From Bugula neritina (lineage: Eukaryota > Animalia > Bryozoa), in assembly GCA_964035545.1 (NCBI GenBank), contig OZ037768.1, positions 18,831,700 to 18,895,699 of the forward strand: a DNA stretch of 64,000 nt. Direction: 5' to 3'. Shown one piece after another: positions 1 to 11,215 of the stretch. The position numbers and the translations under genes are program-made. The notes under the pieces are model-generated. The model did no database searches, was not told the DNA's origin, and saw only the letters and a list, made by a program, of their open reading frames with translations. The stretch's first letter is position 1; each line of letters begins with the position of its first letter.

Positions 1-192
1 GCAGCTTTTCTCATGACTCTGTAGGCCTGTCAAAGCTATAGTACTTGTTTCTGATAGGTTGATTAACTGTCTCATATTCTGAACACATACTATATATAGA
101 ATATGAAAATGGCTTAAGTATTATATACCTACATGATTGCAACATATGAAAAAAATAATTCCAATTTATTTGAGAGCAGAGCTAGCTTAAAA
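1..192. repeat. Direct repeat copy 1 (~190 bp visible, may extend left of the window)
   Basis: cttttctcatgactctgtag..ctgtcaaagctatagt..tttctgataggttgattaact..tatatatagaatatgaaaatggcttaagta..tccaatttatttgagagcagagct.gcttaaaa recurs at ~1154-1338 with few substitutions/indels. Confidence 0.85.
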
Positions 193-1153
193 ATTCTTAT
201 TTCAATGTTGCAAATAAGCAATATGACTTTGACACATGCTTCAGTTTTAATTCTCTCGGCCAATGTTGGAAATCTATTAAGTAGCAATTTTATAGCTTTA
301 CTTATTGCATGTTTCAGTGTATTGTAGCTAATTTTTTTCAATTTAACCCTCTAAACCATTATACATACAGTTATTTTCATCAATTTGCCTTCAAAAAATT
401 ATTGCTGTTAAATTGCTTTTGTACAGTTTCTGCTTTCCTGTAAATATAAAAATATTTCTATCAAAATCATTTGCACAATTTTGCTAGGTTCAGATGCTGC
501 TTTCTATATTAAAAGTATCTTTGCAACTAAATATCATGCAGTTGCAGCTCTTCATGCATCTAATATAATTAGGAAGTGCATTAGAATGTATATATAGTGA
601 GAAAGCATATATCTGTGCATAAGTCTTTTTTCAACTTTATATAATTCAGAGTCTTAACTTATCTTTTTATCAAAAGAATAAACTATTTACAAAAATAAAA
701 TGAATAATGCCAACGTTTCAAAGATAGTCATTGACTAAGTTCAGCAAATTCATTTGTCCCAATGTATTATAACTTAAAAATAATTCTGTTTTCTTGCTGA
801 TTTGATGGATGTTTTGCTTATTTTTCAACATTCAATACGATTGTTCAGTTATAGATGGTGAAACCATGCAGCTGGCTGCTAGTTAATCAGATGATTAAAT
901 TATCACTCAACCATTAAGTTGTCAAATACAATTTGCTCATTACAAGTTAAAGTTCATTCATATTCTTTTAGTGAACATTTAAATGCAATTAGTCCTTATC
1001 TATTCTACAGGCTGATTGAAGAAAGATGAGTAATTTATCTGTTATAAAAGTAAAAAATTGGATGTGAACAATTGATTCATTTGGTTTGAGAATATAAGTC
1101 AACCAAATTAAACGTATTGTTCTATTGGAAAAATGTTACTTATAAATTTTGTC

Positions 1154-1338
1154 AGCAACTTTTCTCATGACTCTGTAGACCTGTCAAAGCTATAGTGTTT
1201 GTTTCTGATAGGTTGATTAACTTTCTCATATTCTAAACACATACTATATATAGAATATGAAAATGGCTTAAGTATACCTACGTGAAAAAAATGAAAAAAG
1301 TATTTCCAATTTATTTGAGAGCAGAGCTCGCTTAAAAT
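1154..1338. repeat. Direct repeat copy 2
   Basis: Same-orientation near-identical copy of 1-192. Confidence 0.85.
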
Positions 1339-1898
1339 AAAATAATATGTAACGAAACTTTGACAAAAGAAACTAATCTTAGCGAAATAAATTGTTTTGG
1401 TAGATAAACTTTCTGAGCTATCTAAATTATGTTTTGTAAGTAAGAGTTATATTAACAGGTATTATATACAGCCCTCTGCCAGAACAAAATAATGGGCTGG
1501 TTAATGATTGTATCAGTTCATTTCTTGAAATGTGTGAAGACTGATTATACCACTTTTCTTGAGCATTTAACAGATTTTTTTCATATTATACTGTACAATA
1601 TGTTGCATATGCAGACTTAAACATTATATAAGGAGAAATAAAAACAAGAATTTTCTCAGCAGATACACCGTTATTAGGATGCTTTTGTCTTTTTACAATA
1701 GTGCAAAACATTGCAATTCAATTTTGAAAAACTAAAAGAAATATTTTGAGTTATTTGAGTTTTATTTGTTTTATTTTATTTTATTTGTTATTTTGTTATA
1801 ATCAAATATATTATAACTCAAACTAGAACCATGCACTTGTAATAAGTTCACTTACCTTATTTGTATTCAAATATTGGCTTACTTATGTTGTTGTTATG

Positions 1899-2114
1899 AA
1901 AAACTTACACTAGTTTATAGTCACCATCCCTGTGAGAAAACCCGTGATGTAAAAGGGTCTTTGGTAAATCGGGCTAAAGACTTAATATTAAGATGAAGCA
2001 CAGGAGCAATTATATGACTGGATGCTCTCCGTAACGTCACAGATGGCCTTTGTCAGGGTTTGATCATGAACCCATGACCTCGTGTTTACTAAGCAAGCGC
2101 TCTATAATCCTTAT
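1899..2114 (-). mobile_element. tRNA-derived SINE copy with 16-bp TSD
   Basis: Reverse complement aligns with 41982-42199 (GAGCATCCAGTCAT..TTGCTCCTGTGC core); flanked by TTATGTTGTTGTTATG at 1883-1898 and 2115-2130. Confidence 0.85.
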
Positions 2115-2385
2115 TTATGTTGTTGTTATGTTCATTTTATAAAAAGCTATGTGGTTTTGATTTGTGTAATCTTCCACAAGAACACTCAAAAGGGGATGTT
2201 ATTTTGCTATGTAATTTGCAGTTGTCTTCTCTTATAATAATCGCATTATATGTACTTTGTAATAGTGTTCTCCTGTTCTTTACATCTATGGTTCATTATA
2301 TCGGTTTTTACCGGTACTGGTTTTACGTGCTAGATGTACTGAATAAATATTAAAAATAATCAATAATTGCATTCAATTATCAACA

Positions 2386-2387
<2 letters not shown>

Positions 2388-2436
<49 letters not shown>
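2388..2436. repeat. (TA)n microsatellite
   Basis: Pure TA run. Confidence 0.95.
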
Positions 2437-2438
<2 letters not shown>

Positions 2439-2447
2439 CAAAAGGAT

Positions 2448-2642
2448 GGAGCACCCGTGGTCTAGAAGTTATAGAGCTTTTGCTTAGTAACCACTAAGTC
2501 ATGGACCCGACAAAGGCCGTCGGAGATGTTAGGAAGAACATCCAGTCATGATTGCTCCTGTGCCCTGCCTGAGTAAGTCCTTATAGCCAAATTTAATAGA
2601 AAAAAACCCTTTCATTAAGGGTTCTCACACTGGCGACTGTAT
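2448..2642 (+). mobile_element. tRNA-derived SINE copy (degenerate)
   Basis: GGAGCACCCGTGGTCTAG head and GTTAGGAAGAACATCCAGTCATGATTGCTCCTGTGCC core match 41982-42199. Confidence 0.8.
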
Positions 2643-3180
2643 GTTGTATACACAAAGTGCATGATGATTATACTTTATTCAGCTACTATATAAACAACCA
2701 ATTACCACGCCTACACTTATTACTTTGCATCATAAGGATAATCTTAGCTGCTTCATTTAGCAACATTTATTCGAATAGGCGAGACTCTGCCATTAATATA
2801 CAAAGTTTGTATTCTCTCAGTCTAGTTGAAAGCATAGTTATTGCCAAATAATTCTCAAATAATACAAGCTGACACCTTGGTTATGAACCATCATGTAGCT
2901 ACTGCCTATTATATTATAATATTTCAATTATAAATTTCTGTGTACTTTGGGCTATACCAGATTATATCACATACCTACTAAATACTCAACTGTATAAAAT
3001 AACTGGCCAGAATAGAATTTTTTAGTATATTTTATTCATAATAATGGTCAGAACATATTATTATTTTATATTAATAATAATATGATGCCAACATACATAA
3101 AATGCACATCAGTCACTTGTGTAACTGAAAGTGACAGAAATAAAGAGAAATATTCAAAAAATATTGTTATGCACATGTGC

Positions 3181-3270
3181 AAACACACCAACACACACAA
3201 ACACATACACACGCACACACACACACGCAAACGCACGCACCACTAACACTTCAACACGCTAACACACACT
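3181..3270. repeat. Imperfect (CA)n microsatellite
   Basis: acacacacaaacacatacacacgcacacac.. tract. Confidence 0.8.
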
Positions 3271-3322
3271 CAAAATTGTCAAATATGTAATACATATAAG
3301 AGATGTAATCAAATCAGGTGCT

Positions 3323-4888
3323 TCACTCTTCTGGCTGTGAGATGCACACACAGCATGTGAAAGCACGTTTTATGCGCCGCCATATTTTTTTTCTGCGGCT
3401 TATACGAACTCTAGGTTCTTGAAGCACTTCCTGTTCATTTTCATAGAAGTTGTCTTCTTCTTCTCCTGTATAACTGATGGATGTGCAGCCACTTAGTGAG
3501 CTGAGATCTGTAATAATAATGTAACATATTGTACACATGGTATATACAGTAATATTACATTACTATGACGCCTACTAAAAGATAGAGTATAAACTGTCTT
3601 ATGATGAGTGCTTGTAATACTAGAGTAGATCACTTTGAAGACGGGGCGGGACCCTGTCACCTCACCACAGACCCAAAATATGTTACTATATTTACTAATG
3701 ATTAATGCTGCTAGAAATGCTCACTCCAATATGCTAGTAGATAAAACAGCATTTCATACTGACAACAGAGACTACAACCTACCTAGTTTCAAATCTTCTA
3801 GATTGATTGAAAATGCATCACATGACGTAGAAGAAAAAAGCTGAGATGATGACGAACGAGGTGAAAAGGTCGTAGCAAATGAATCAGTAATAGATGTGCA
3901 GGAGGAGAATCTGGAGATATCAGTAGCAGATGAGCTGGAGAAGAAAATGGATAAAGAGGTGGTAGATAATTCAGGTAGAGATGCCCATGAAGAAGATCTT
4001 GAGATGGTTGGTGATAAGTCGGATAAAGTTGTTAGAGAAGAGCTTCTGCTGGTGAGAGGAGGCAGGAGTTGAAGACGACTGAAATGTGGGCTGAAATTGT
4101 TTGTTGACTCGGCAAAGTCTAAACTCTGGTCCTTTTTCTTGACCAGTTCTGATCTAAAATTACAAAGATAGTGCATTGAAAGATTAATTCCAAACATTGC
4201 AGTTACTATAGTATTGAAAGGTTATAAAGAATAATACAATATCTGTTACTAGGCTTCATTCCTGCATGCAGGGTAGTCTGAAATGGTATTTGGGATCTTC
4301 ATTTCAAGAATACATATATGCATTAAAAATAATGTCGTGTAAATGGGGTATGTGTTTTATGTATATTATATATAAACATACACAATATTATAATTATATA
4401 ATACAAACTCAACAGAATGGAATAAAGTATTCTTAAATATTTTATGTGTATAATTAAAATTACAGTTGCCCCTTGACCTGGAGTTGAGAGTTGCATAATG
4501 TAGTGCATGAAGAATGTTTCAATTTAAATTCCTTCACAAATATAATCTTTATAGTGATAGTTTCCATGGTATAAAATATTAGCAAGTACTTTTTACACAG
4601 TTAAATATAAATACTTATCAGTATTAATTATTTATCTGGTTTACCTTCCAAGAAGAAGGAGATATTTACTTACATTAACCTTGCCAGAGCTCCAGATAAC
4701 ACCAAAGTTGACAGCAAATGATGAGTAGGACTGTAGTCCAAATAGAAGGTAAATGTTAACACAATAACATTTACAAAATATAAATAGGTGGATAGAAATC
4801 TTCGTATAGCTAATAGCAGATTAGTACAAAGAGACATTTTAATGTTGCTTGTTAGTAGTTCAGAAATGGAGTGCATTATTAATGACAT
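3323..4888 (-). CDS. Orphan 3-exon gene, ~256 aa: hydrophobic N-terminal segments, Ser/Thr-rich middle, basic + Cys-cluster C-terminus
   Basis: Exons 4888-4674 (donor AT|gtaagt, phase 2), 4153-3783 (ttttag|A..CTA G|gtaggt, phase 1), 3507-3323 (tacag|AT..TGA) join three separate track ORFs into one open frame; start codon uncertain. Confidence 0.65.
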
Positions 4889-6219
4889 TGTGTCAACTGT
4901 TTGATTGTTGAAGGTAAGGTTATCCGTATTTGGGCATTTTTCCCAAATTTGAATTTAGATAAAAAATTACATTGTATAATTTTATACAATAAAATTAATG
5001 AAGTTTAACTATTCAGTTAAGAAGACTGTATATTTTAATAATAAAATATTGAACATTGTACCTTACAGCATAAATGTTATATTTTTATTATCAAAACTTA
5101 ATCACCTACTTTCTATAATTTAGTAGATGATTGGTATAAAAGTAAATGTAGGAGAATTATTCAACACACTCCAAGATTGATAATAAAATGTTTAATCCAA
5201 TCAAATGTTTTTAAAGACAATCTATCTACACTACAGCCACCCTGAAAGTAGAGTAGTGTATTTGCATGAGAGATAAATTGAAACTATATACTCTCACATA
5301 AACTCTATCTCTTTACACATGTTCTTCTCCAACATATTGGTTGCCAATATCTCCAGATTATTACCCTGCACATCTGCTCATCTATGTACACCCAAGTTTT
5401 CCTTTTGTACAAAAGGCTATATATGATGTCCTAACTCCTAGTAATCCAATCACATCAGTTATCCCTCTCAGGGGGGACAACATATCCCTGAATTATTTAT
5501 TCAAAGAATTTATATCGCATTATAATTTACAATTACAATACAAAAATTAAATAAGTTGCTGCAAAGAGACACTTACTCGATCTACTATCTAATGTGTTTA
5601 TGTTAAGCAACTGTGAGTTTGCAAGTGCCTTGATTTTTTAAGCTTGATTGTGGTTTAATTAAGATAATGCTGTAGAAACTCTGCTGTCTAAACGTAAAGT
5701 GACTATTTATGTCCTTTTAGAGTAATTGAATTTTAAAATATACAAAACTATTGTAGTTACTTAAAGTCTATAGAGAATATAAATCAATACTTGAATTATG
5801 AAAATATTGTTATAAAGGTGGAATATATTTATTTCTTATTCTTTTCAAAATGTTTATGACTTCCATTTAAATATAATGCCTGTGATACAACCAATAATCA
5901 TAATAATATAATAATGGTATTATTAGATATAGGTCTATATAAAACTTTGTTCTTGCCTTTCTTGTAGGGAAAAGCTTTAGTTTTGCTTATTTTTAAAATT
6001 GTCCCAATTTTACGTATCATAAGAAGAATTTGAAAAGTAATTACGCCCTTAGACTTTAGTTTCAACGGCAATCATATATATAATTTTTTATAATTTAGAA
6101 ATACATTTAAGGCTTTTCAAAGCATAAAGCTAAAACATAGCTTGCTGTGAGGCGTGTGGCACCTCCACACAAATTCACTCATCAAGTTTAGTACTGCAGC
6201 TATTGAACTGTATAGCAAA

Positions 6220-6390
6220 ATGGTTCTATAAGCAGCACTGAGTTGGGGGTGAATGAGTGCAATATTTTTGTGGCTTTCAAGTTTGGAGTTAAAGGGTTTA
6301 AATTAAAACTTAAAACTCTCAACTCCAAACTCGAGAACCACAAACTATTGCACTCAGTTAACCTCAACTCAGAGCTGCTTATAGAATCAT
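6220..6390. mobile_element. Foldback MITE (palindromic), family copy 1
   Basis: ttctataagcagcactgagttgggggtg..tttggagtt / aactccaaa..aacctcaactcagagctgcttatagaa; arms pair along almost the whole length; homologous to 12816-12956. Confidence 0.8.
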
Positions 6391-6453
6391 TCTTTATAAA
6401 AAAAAGTTAATGTTTTCTCTAACAAAAATCTTTTGTGGTACTATTAGCCTTAA

Positions 6454-7215
6454 AGGATTGCTCTATTTTGTCTAATAAATGGCCATTTAGGTCAAACACG
6501 CATAATATTGTGTTTTTCTAAGCATGCGTTGACAAAAACATTTGACCAAAGGTAGAAAAAGTTAGTTGAAGTTGAGGGTGTAGATTGGTAACAGCCAAAA
6601 CGCCGATTTTGAAATGAGCTGGGAAATGTGACGTAACAGCGCCAGCATTCCTGTGACTATACAAATGAATAACTATAGAAATATGACTGTGAGATGTGAT
6701 CTTTCAGCTCGTAATTTGTATATTTATAGAAGTGCAAATGTGAATTATCTCAATCTATAGTTTTTTGACATTTTAAATAACATGTATGTAATAACATTAG
6801 GCCATATTTTGCTTGTAAGCATAGAAAAAAGCATTGCAAAAACATGCATTCTTTAGGATGAATGCCTGCGATCGATCTAAACTAGGTCAGATTGTGCAAT
6901 ATTACGGGCACACCAAAGCTGACCTATATATAGCGCACTGTAACTGCTTGAGCGTTATTGGTTGATGTTGTGCTCAGCAACCTTGAATACTAGTGTTATA
7001 GTTAGCACGTGCAGCATAGTTACTGGCGTTCACACGTACGTCACGTATTAGGCTATTCTTTTCATGGCTGAAAATGTTACCTCCCTTAAAATTGAATTTT
7101 GAAAAGCTGTTTTCTAGGCACATATCCCTTTGCAAAGTCACGATTGTTTGCATACACATTAGATTATAGTTCATAATTATAATGTGATCGTAATAAACTA
7201 AGATTGAGCAATCCT
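6454..7215. mobile_element. Non-autonomous DNA transposon, TTAA TSD, AGG termini (Kolobok-type)
   Basis: TTAA(6450-6453)|AGGATTGCTC ... GAGCAATCCT|TTAA(7216-7219); imperfect TIR extends ~24 bp; no transposase ORF. Confidence 0.7.
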
Positions 7216-9230
7216 TTAAGGAAAAAGTGTTATTATGAAATACACAATTTAAAACATGATACAATTTTTTGCTTTTTCATTGCTATTCTTGTTTTTATAA
7301 TTTACTTTTACCAATTCTTACAAACTTACTAATTGTTATTTGCTTCTACATTTTGGATATTTTTACCTTCAATTTCATTTGCTACTATGACCTGTTACAG
7401 AGTCAGAGTTCTTCTGACTTAAGACCTATGGCGTTTTATTGATTTCTCAGTTCAAAGTCATAATAATCTCAGGTATCTACTGAATATTTTTCCAAGAATT
7501 TTTCAGTTGAGAAAAATTTAAACACAGATAAATGTTTTTAAAAGTGAATTTTTTCAAGTAAACAGATAGTAGATTGTTAGTCAAAGATTTAAAATTAAAT
7601 GCAGTATTTAAAAAGAAAATAAAAATTCAAATAGTTTGCTGTATTCTATTTATTCTATTTATATTCCTGACATGAGGATAGTCGGCAGGTGATACAGAAT
7701 GACACGTAGTGCAAGTGCCCAACATGTCATATTAAGGCATAATGGCATCTTCTAAATGTCTCACCTGCATGGTCAGTTTTACGCCATGTGCCTGGTGTCC
7801 TTAAAAATGTGTCAAAACAACACACTAGTATATCTATTTAGCTTCACAATGTGTCGTAATAAATGTCAAATTCGTTGTTATGCATATCAACTGTCAATAA
7901 TGATTCTGCCAGTTGCTTGTCACTTTAATTTTTTACACCTTCCAGCTCACTATCTCAACCCAATGGCCAGCTCTAACAAGATAAATCGGACCTTACAAAT
8001 AGTAAATAGAAGATTCAAGATGAGGAAATATAGGGACTATAGATTGGAAAGTCTACGGGAAAAAGAAAATATTAGCCAAAAACAAAATAAATGCTCTATG
8101 CTTTATCTTAAATACCTTACACTTAGTTATTTCATATTTATTGTATCGTGATTACAAGAATAAATAAATCTAAATTCAGTAAATCTAGAAAAACGTTTGT
8201 TTTCCACTTTCAAAGAGTTGTCAAGGAAGTTATGCTCTTTTACACGCTGAGCTCAAAAACATTGATGACATCATCATTGTGTTTATACAAATGAGATGTC
8301 ATTCAACTATTTATTTGCATTTACATTTATTACTGTACAGTACATACTATATATACATACATCTGTATCATATTAATAATGCTTTATTTTGCCGCAACAT
8401 GCTGAAACTTTTTTTCACAGCCGAAAGTCTTGAACTTTTATGGCACCAATTTTCAGGTGTTCTAAAGAGAGTTTTTAATTATGCTTCATAATTCATGGAA
8501 AAACCCATAACCTTAAAGTATGTAGCTTATAAGACTAAAAAATATATGACCCTGACGGGATATTTCAAACTATTTATAAAAGAATATATTGCTTACAATC
8601 AGGAAATACTTGAATGGTTTGTTAGACATGTGAAACTGCTTTAACAGTCACTTTTCAAGCAGACGGCACATTGCCTTGCAAACCAACTCTGATAATGGCT
8701 GGGATCAGACGATCATCATGTGAGCAAAAGAAACAAAAAAAAGAGAGAGAGGAGAGAAAGTACTTTCAGCTACCCTGAGAGGTTTTATATGAACCATATA
8801 TGTCTGTCAAGTTTCTCTGGTTTTTACATATATAGACAGATATATAGAAACTATTTCTTTCAATTTGTCAACCACCACATTTGCAGGTAAAACTAGTTTC
8901 ATGATAAATTGATATTATATAGCACATAACTGTTCAAGTAAATTAGTATAGCTACATTTACACATCTAAACTAAAATGGCAGATAAAACCAAAAATTAGA
9001 TAGAGAACACCTGCATGAATCTGCTAATTATATATTTCTTTGCAATTTGTATGGTAAATCAAGTAAATGTATATTATATAGAGCTCTTTCTTTCATGTCT
9101 CTTTAATATATATTGTTGTTATCATAGCCATTGGCTCTTTGGTGAAACATGTTATGACATAAGGCATGATTAAAGAAACTTACAGAAAGTTGGGTTAAAT
9201 CATAATCATTTCTGATACATGAAAAATAAT

Positions 9231-9302
9231 TGCACCTACTGGGAATCGAATCCGAGCCCTCTGGCTTGCAAGCAAGTGTGCTAACCATTACACCACGGAG
9301 GC
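9231..9302 (-). pseudogene. tRNA pseudogene / isolated tRNA-like SINE head
   Basis: GCCTCCGTGGTGTAATGGTTAGCACACTTGCTTGCAAGCCAGAGGGCTCGGATTCGATTCCCAGTAGGTGCA then TTTTT; A- and B-box-like motifs and D arm present, but acceptor, anticodon and T stems mispaired and anticodon loop only 6 nt. Confidence 0.65.
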
Positions 9303-10380
9303 TACTGGGTAAACTCAACACTATATATAAAACACAGGCAGCACCTTGGGTTGTCTAAAAGACATGAATATTCTACAGTAGGCCTATGTAACCAACAACT
9401 TGCATGCAATTTTATTAGTTGATTCAGTTTTTGTTCGTTAGCAATTTACATGAACAGATTTTGTAAACAAAATTCTCATACTTGTTTTTATACAAAAAAT
9501 TGCAAAATATTTTTGTGGAGTCTAGACCAAGTTGTTGGTTTATGAAAGGCTTGCTTGCTGTACGCAGTTGAATGTGTGAATTATTCCACATATAGCGATT
9601 GATTGGAAGCCAATTTTTAATGTGAAAATCGTGAGAATTATGGTAATTAAAATTGATTAGATTACCAGCAACCACTTGACATGAACGCAAAGATTTTTGT
9701 CTGGAGTTATCCTGCTTTACCATATAACATTCTAATGGGTATTCATATGTGTCCTTCAACTGTTCTAAAAGCTTAAACTGTCCAAAGTGCCATTTCAGCA
9801 AAATTCAGCACCATGTGATTGCCATTCGTCACTATAGCGTGTCACTTTTTACTGTAATTATAAATAAATCGTATTTATAAGCGAAAATTCTCTATTTTCA
9901 CATGATTATAGTATATGCGTGTCAATTATTTATACATATTTTATTTATACATACTTAGATATTTAATTAGACATTTTGCCACGCATTTCAGGAAAATGAA
10001 ATTGGCAATGAATTGATACAAAGTCTTAAGTGTCAATGTACACTGCCAATCCCCACATGTATGTATTATTGCTATAGAGTATAGAGGCTTGTAAACTTTT
10101 ATGGTAATTGAATTTTATATTAGAAAACTTGTTTCAATTAAAAAGAAAAATATCAAACAAACGTTTTTAAAAGGTTCATGTTATGGTCATTGCAGACAAA
10201 TATATATAGCTTAGATTATTAATTCAACTGAATGAAGAAGAGCAGTAGTATGGATTGAAGTTGTAAAGTTTATGTAATTTATGCACTGAAGCAGACAATA
10301 GATCTTAGTAAGATTTCGATCTGAAACTTTTGGAGCTTGAAGGATATCACACACTTCATATAGAGGAAAAGTAACAGAGG

Positions 10381-10520
10381 ATGTGTAGTATAATAGTGTG
10401 TGTATAAAATATATAATAGTGTGTGTATAGTATGACAGTGCATGTATACTCTAATAGTGAATGTATATTCTAATAGTGAATGTGTAGTATAATTAATGTA
10501 ATAACAGTGAATGTATATAA
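10381..10520. repeat. Degenerate ~19-bp minisatellite (gtgtgtagtataatagt-like)
   Basis: Repeated tataatagtgtgtgtata / ctaatagtgaatgtata units. Confidence 0.7.
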
Positions 10521-11215
10521 TAATTTAATTCCTGAATGCATAATAATGTAATGGTTGGCTACTTAATTAGGTTTGAAGCTAATATATTTTGTTAATAAAG
10601 ATATACAGATGATAATGACATTTATTTTTAAAATAATAGAAGTAAGAAATTATGTGCACCTGCACCTTCAAGTTACTCTGCAGCATAATTTACTCAAAAT
10701 CTAATGAGCCAGCATCCTAGCATATTATAAACTTGAAAGCATCTGTGCAAATAAATTTGTATTGGTAAATAACGAGGCCTGCATGTATTAATTTATAAGG
10801 GAAAAGTTGATTGGAGAGTTTGATGCTCCTATATAGCTATGGGCTTGAGATTTGAGCTAAAAATCAAAAAAATCTTAAGTTAGCATCTTTTTATTACTGA
10901 GTTTATTATAGTATTATGTTAATTTACTGACCTATGCTATCATAGCAATTGAATAATAACATAATGTTTGTAAAAGTTATCACCTCTTGCTTGTCACCTG
11001 AATCTTGGCAATTAAATTTATCAATCTGAATGAGCCAATCACAAACTGGCATGCTCCTGCAACCCATATACACCTTGTGTATATCCTGATGCAATATAAG
11101 CTCATCTCTTAAACATATTTTGGTCAATTACTGCTTGAATTGCCAGTTAGGTAGAGTTGCTAACACAACATTTAGTTCTGTAAGTTAATGACATTTTTTT
11201 ATCAAACTTGAACAA

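Noticed and set aside
9231-9302. Functional tRNA gene
   Set aside because: Acceptor and T stems mispaired and anticodon loop 6 nt; reported only as a pseudogene.
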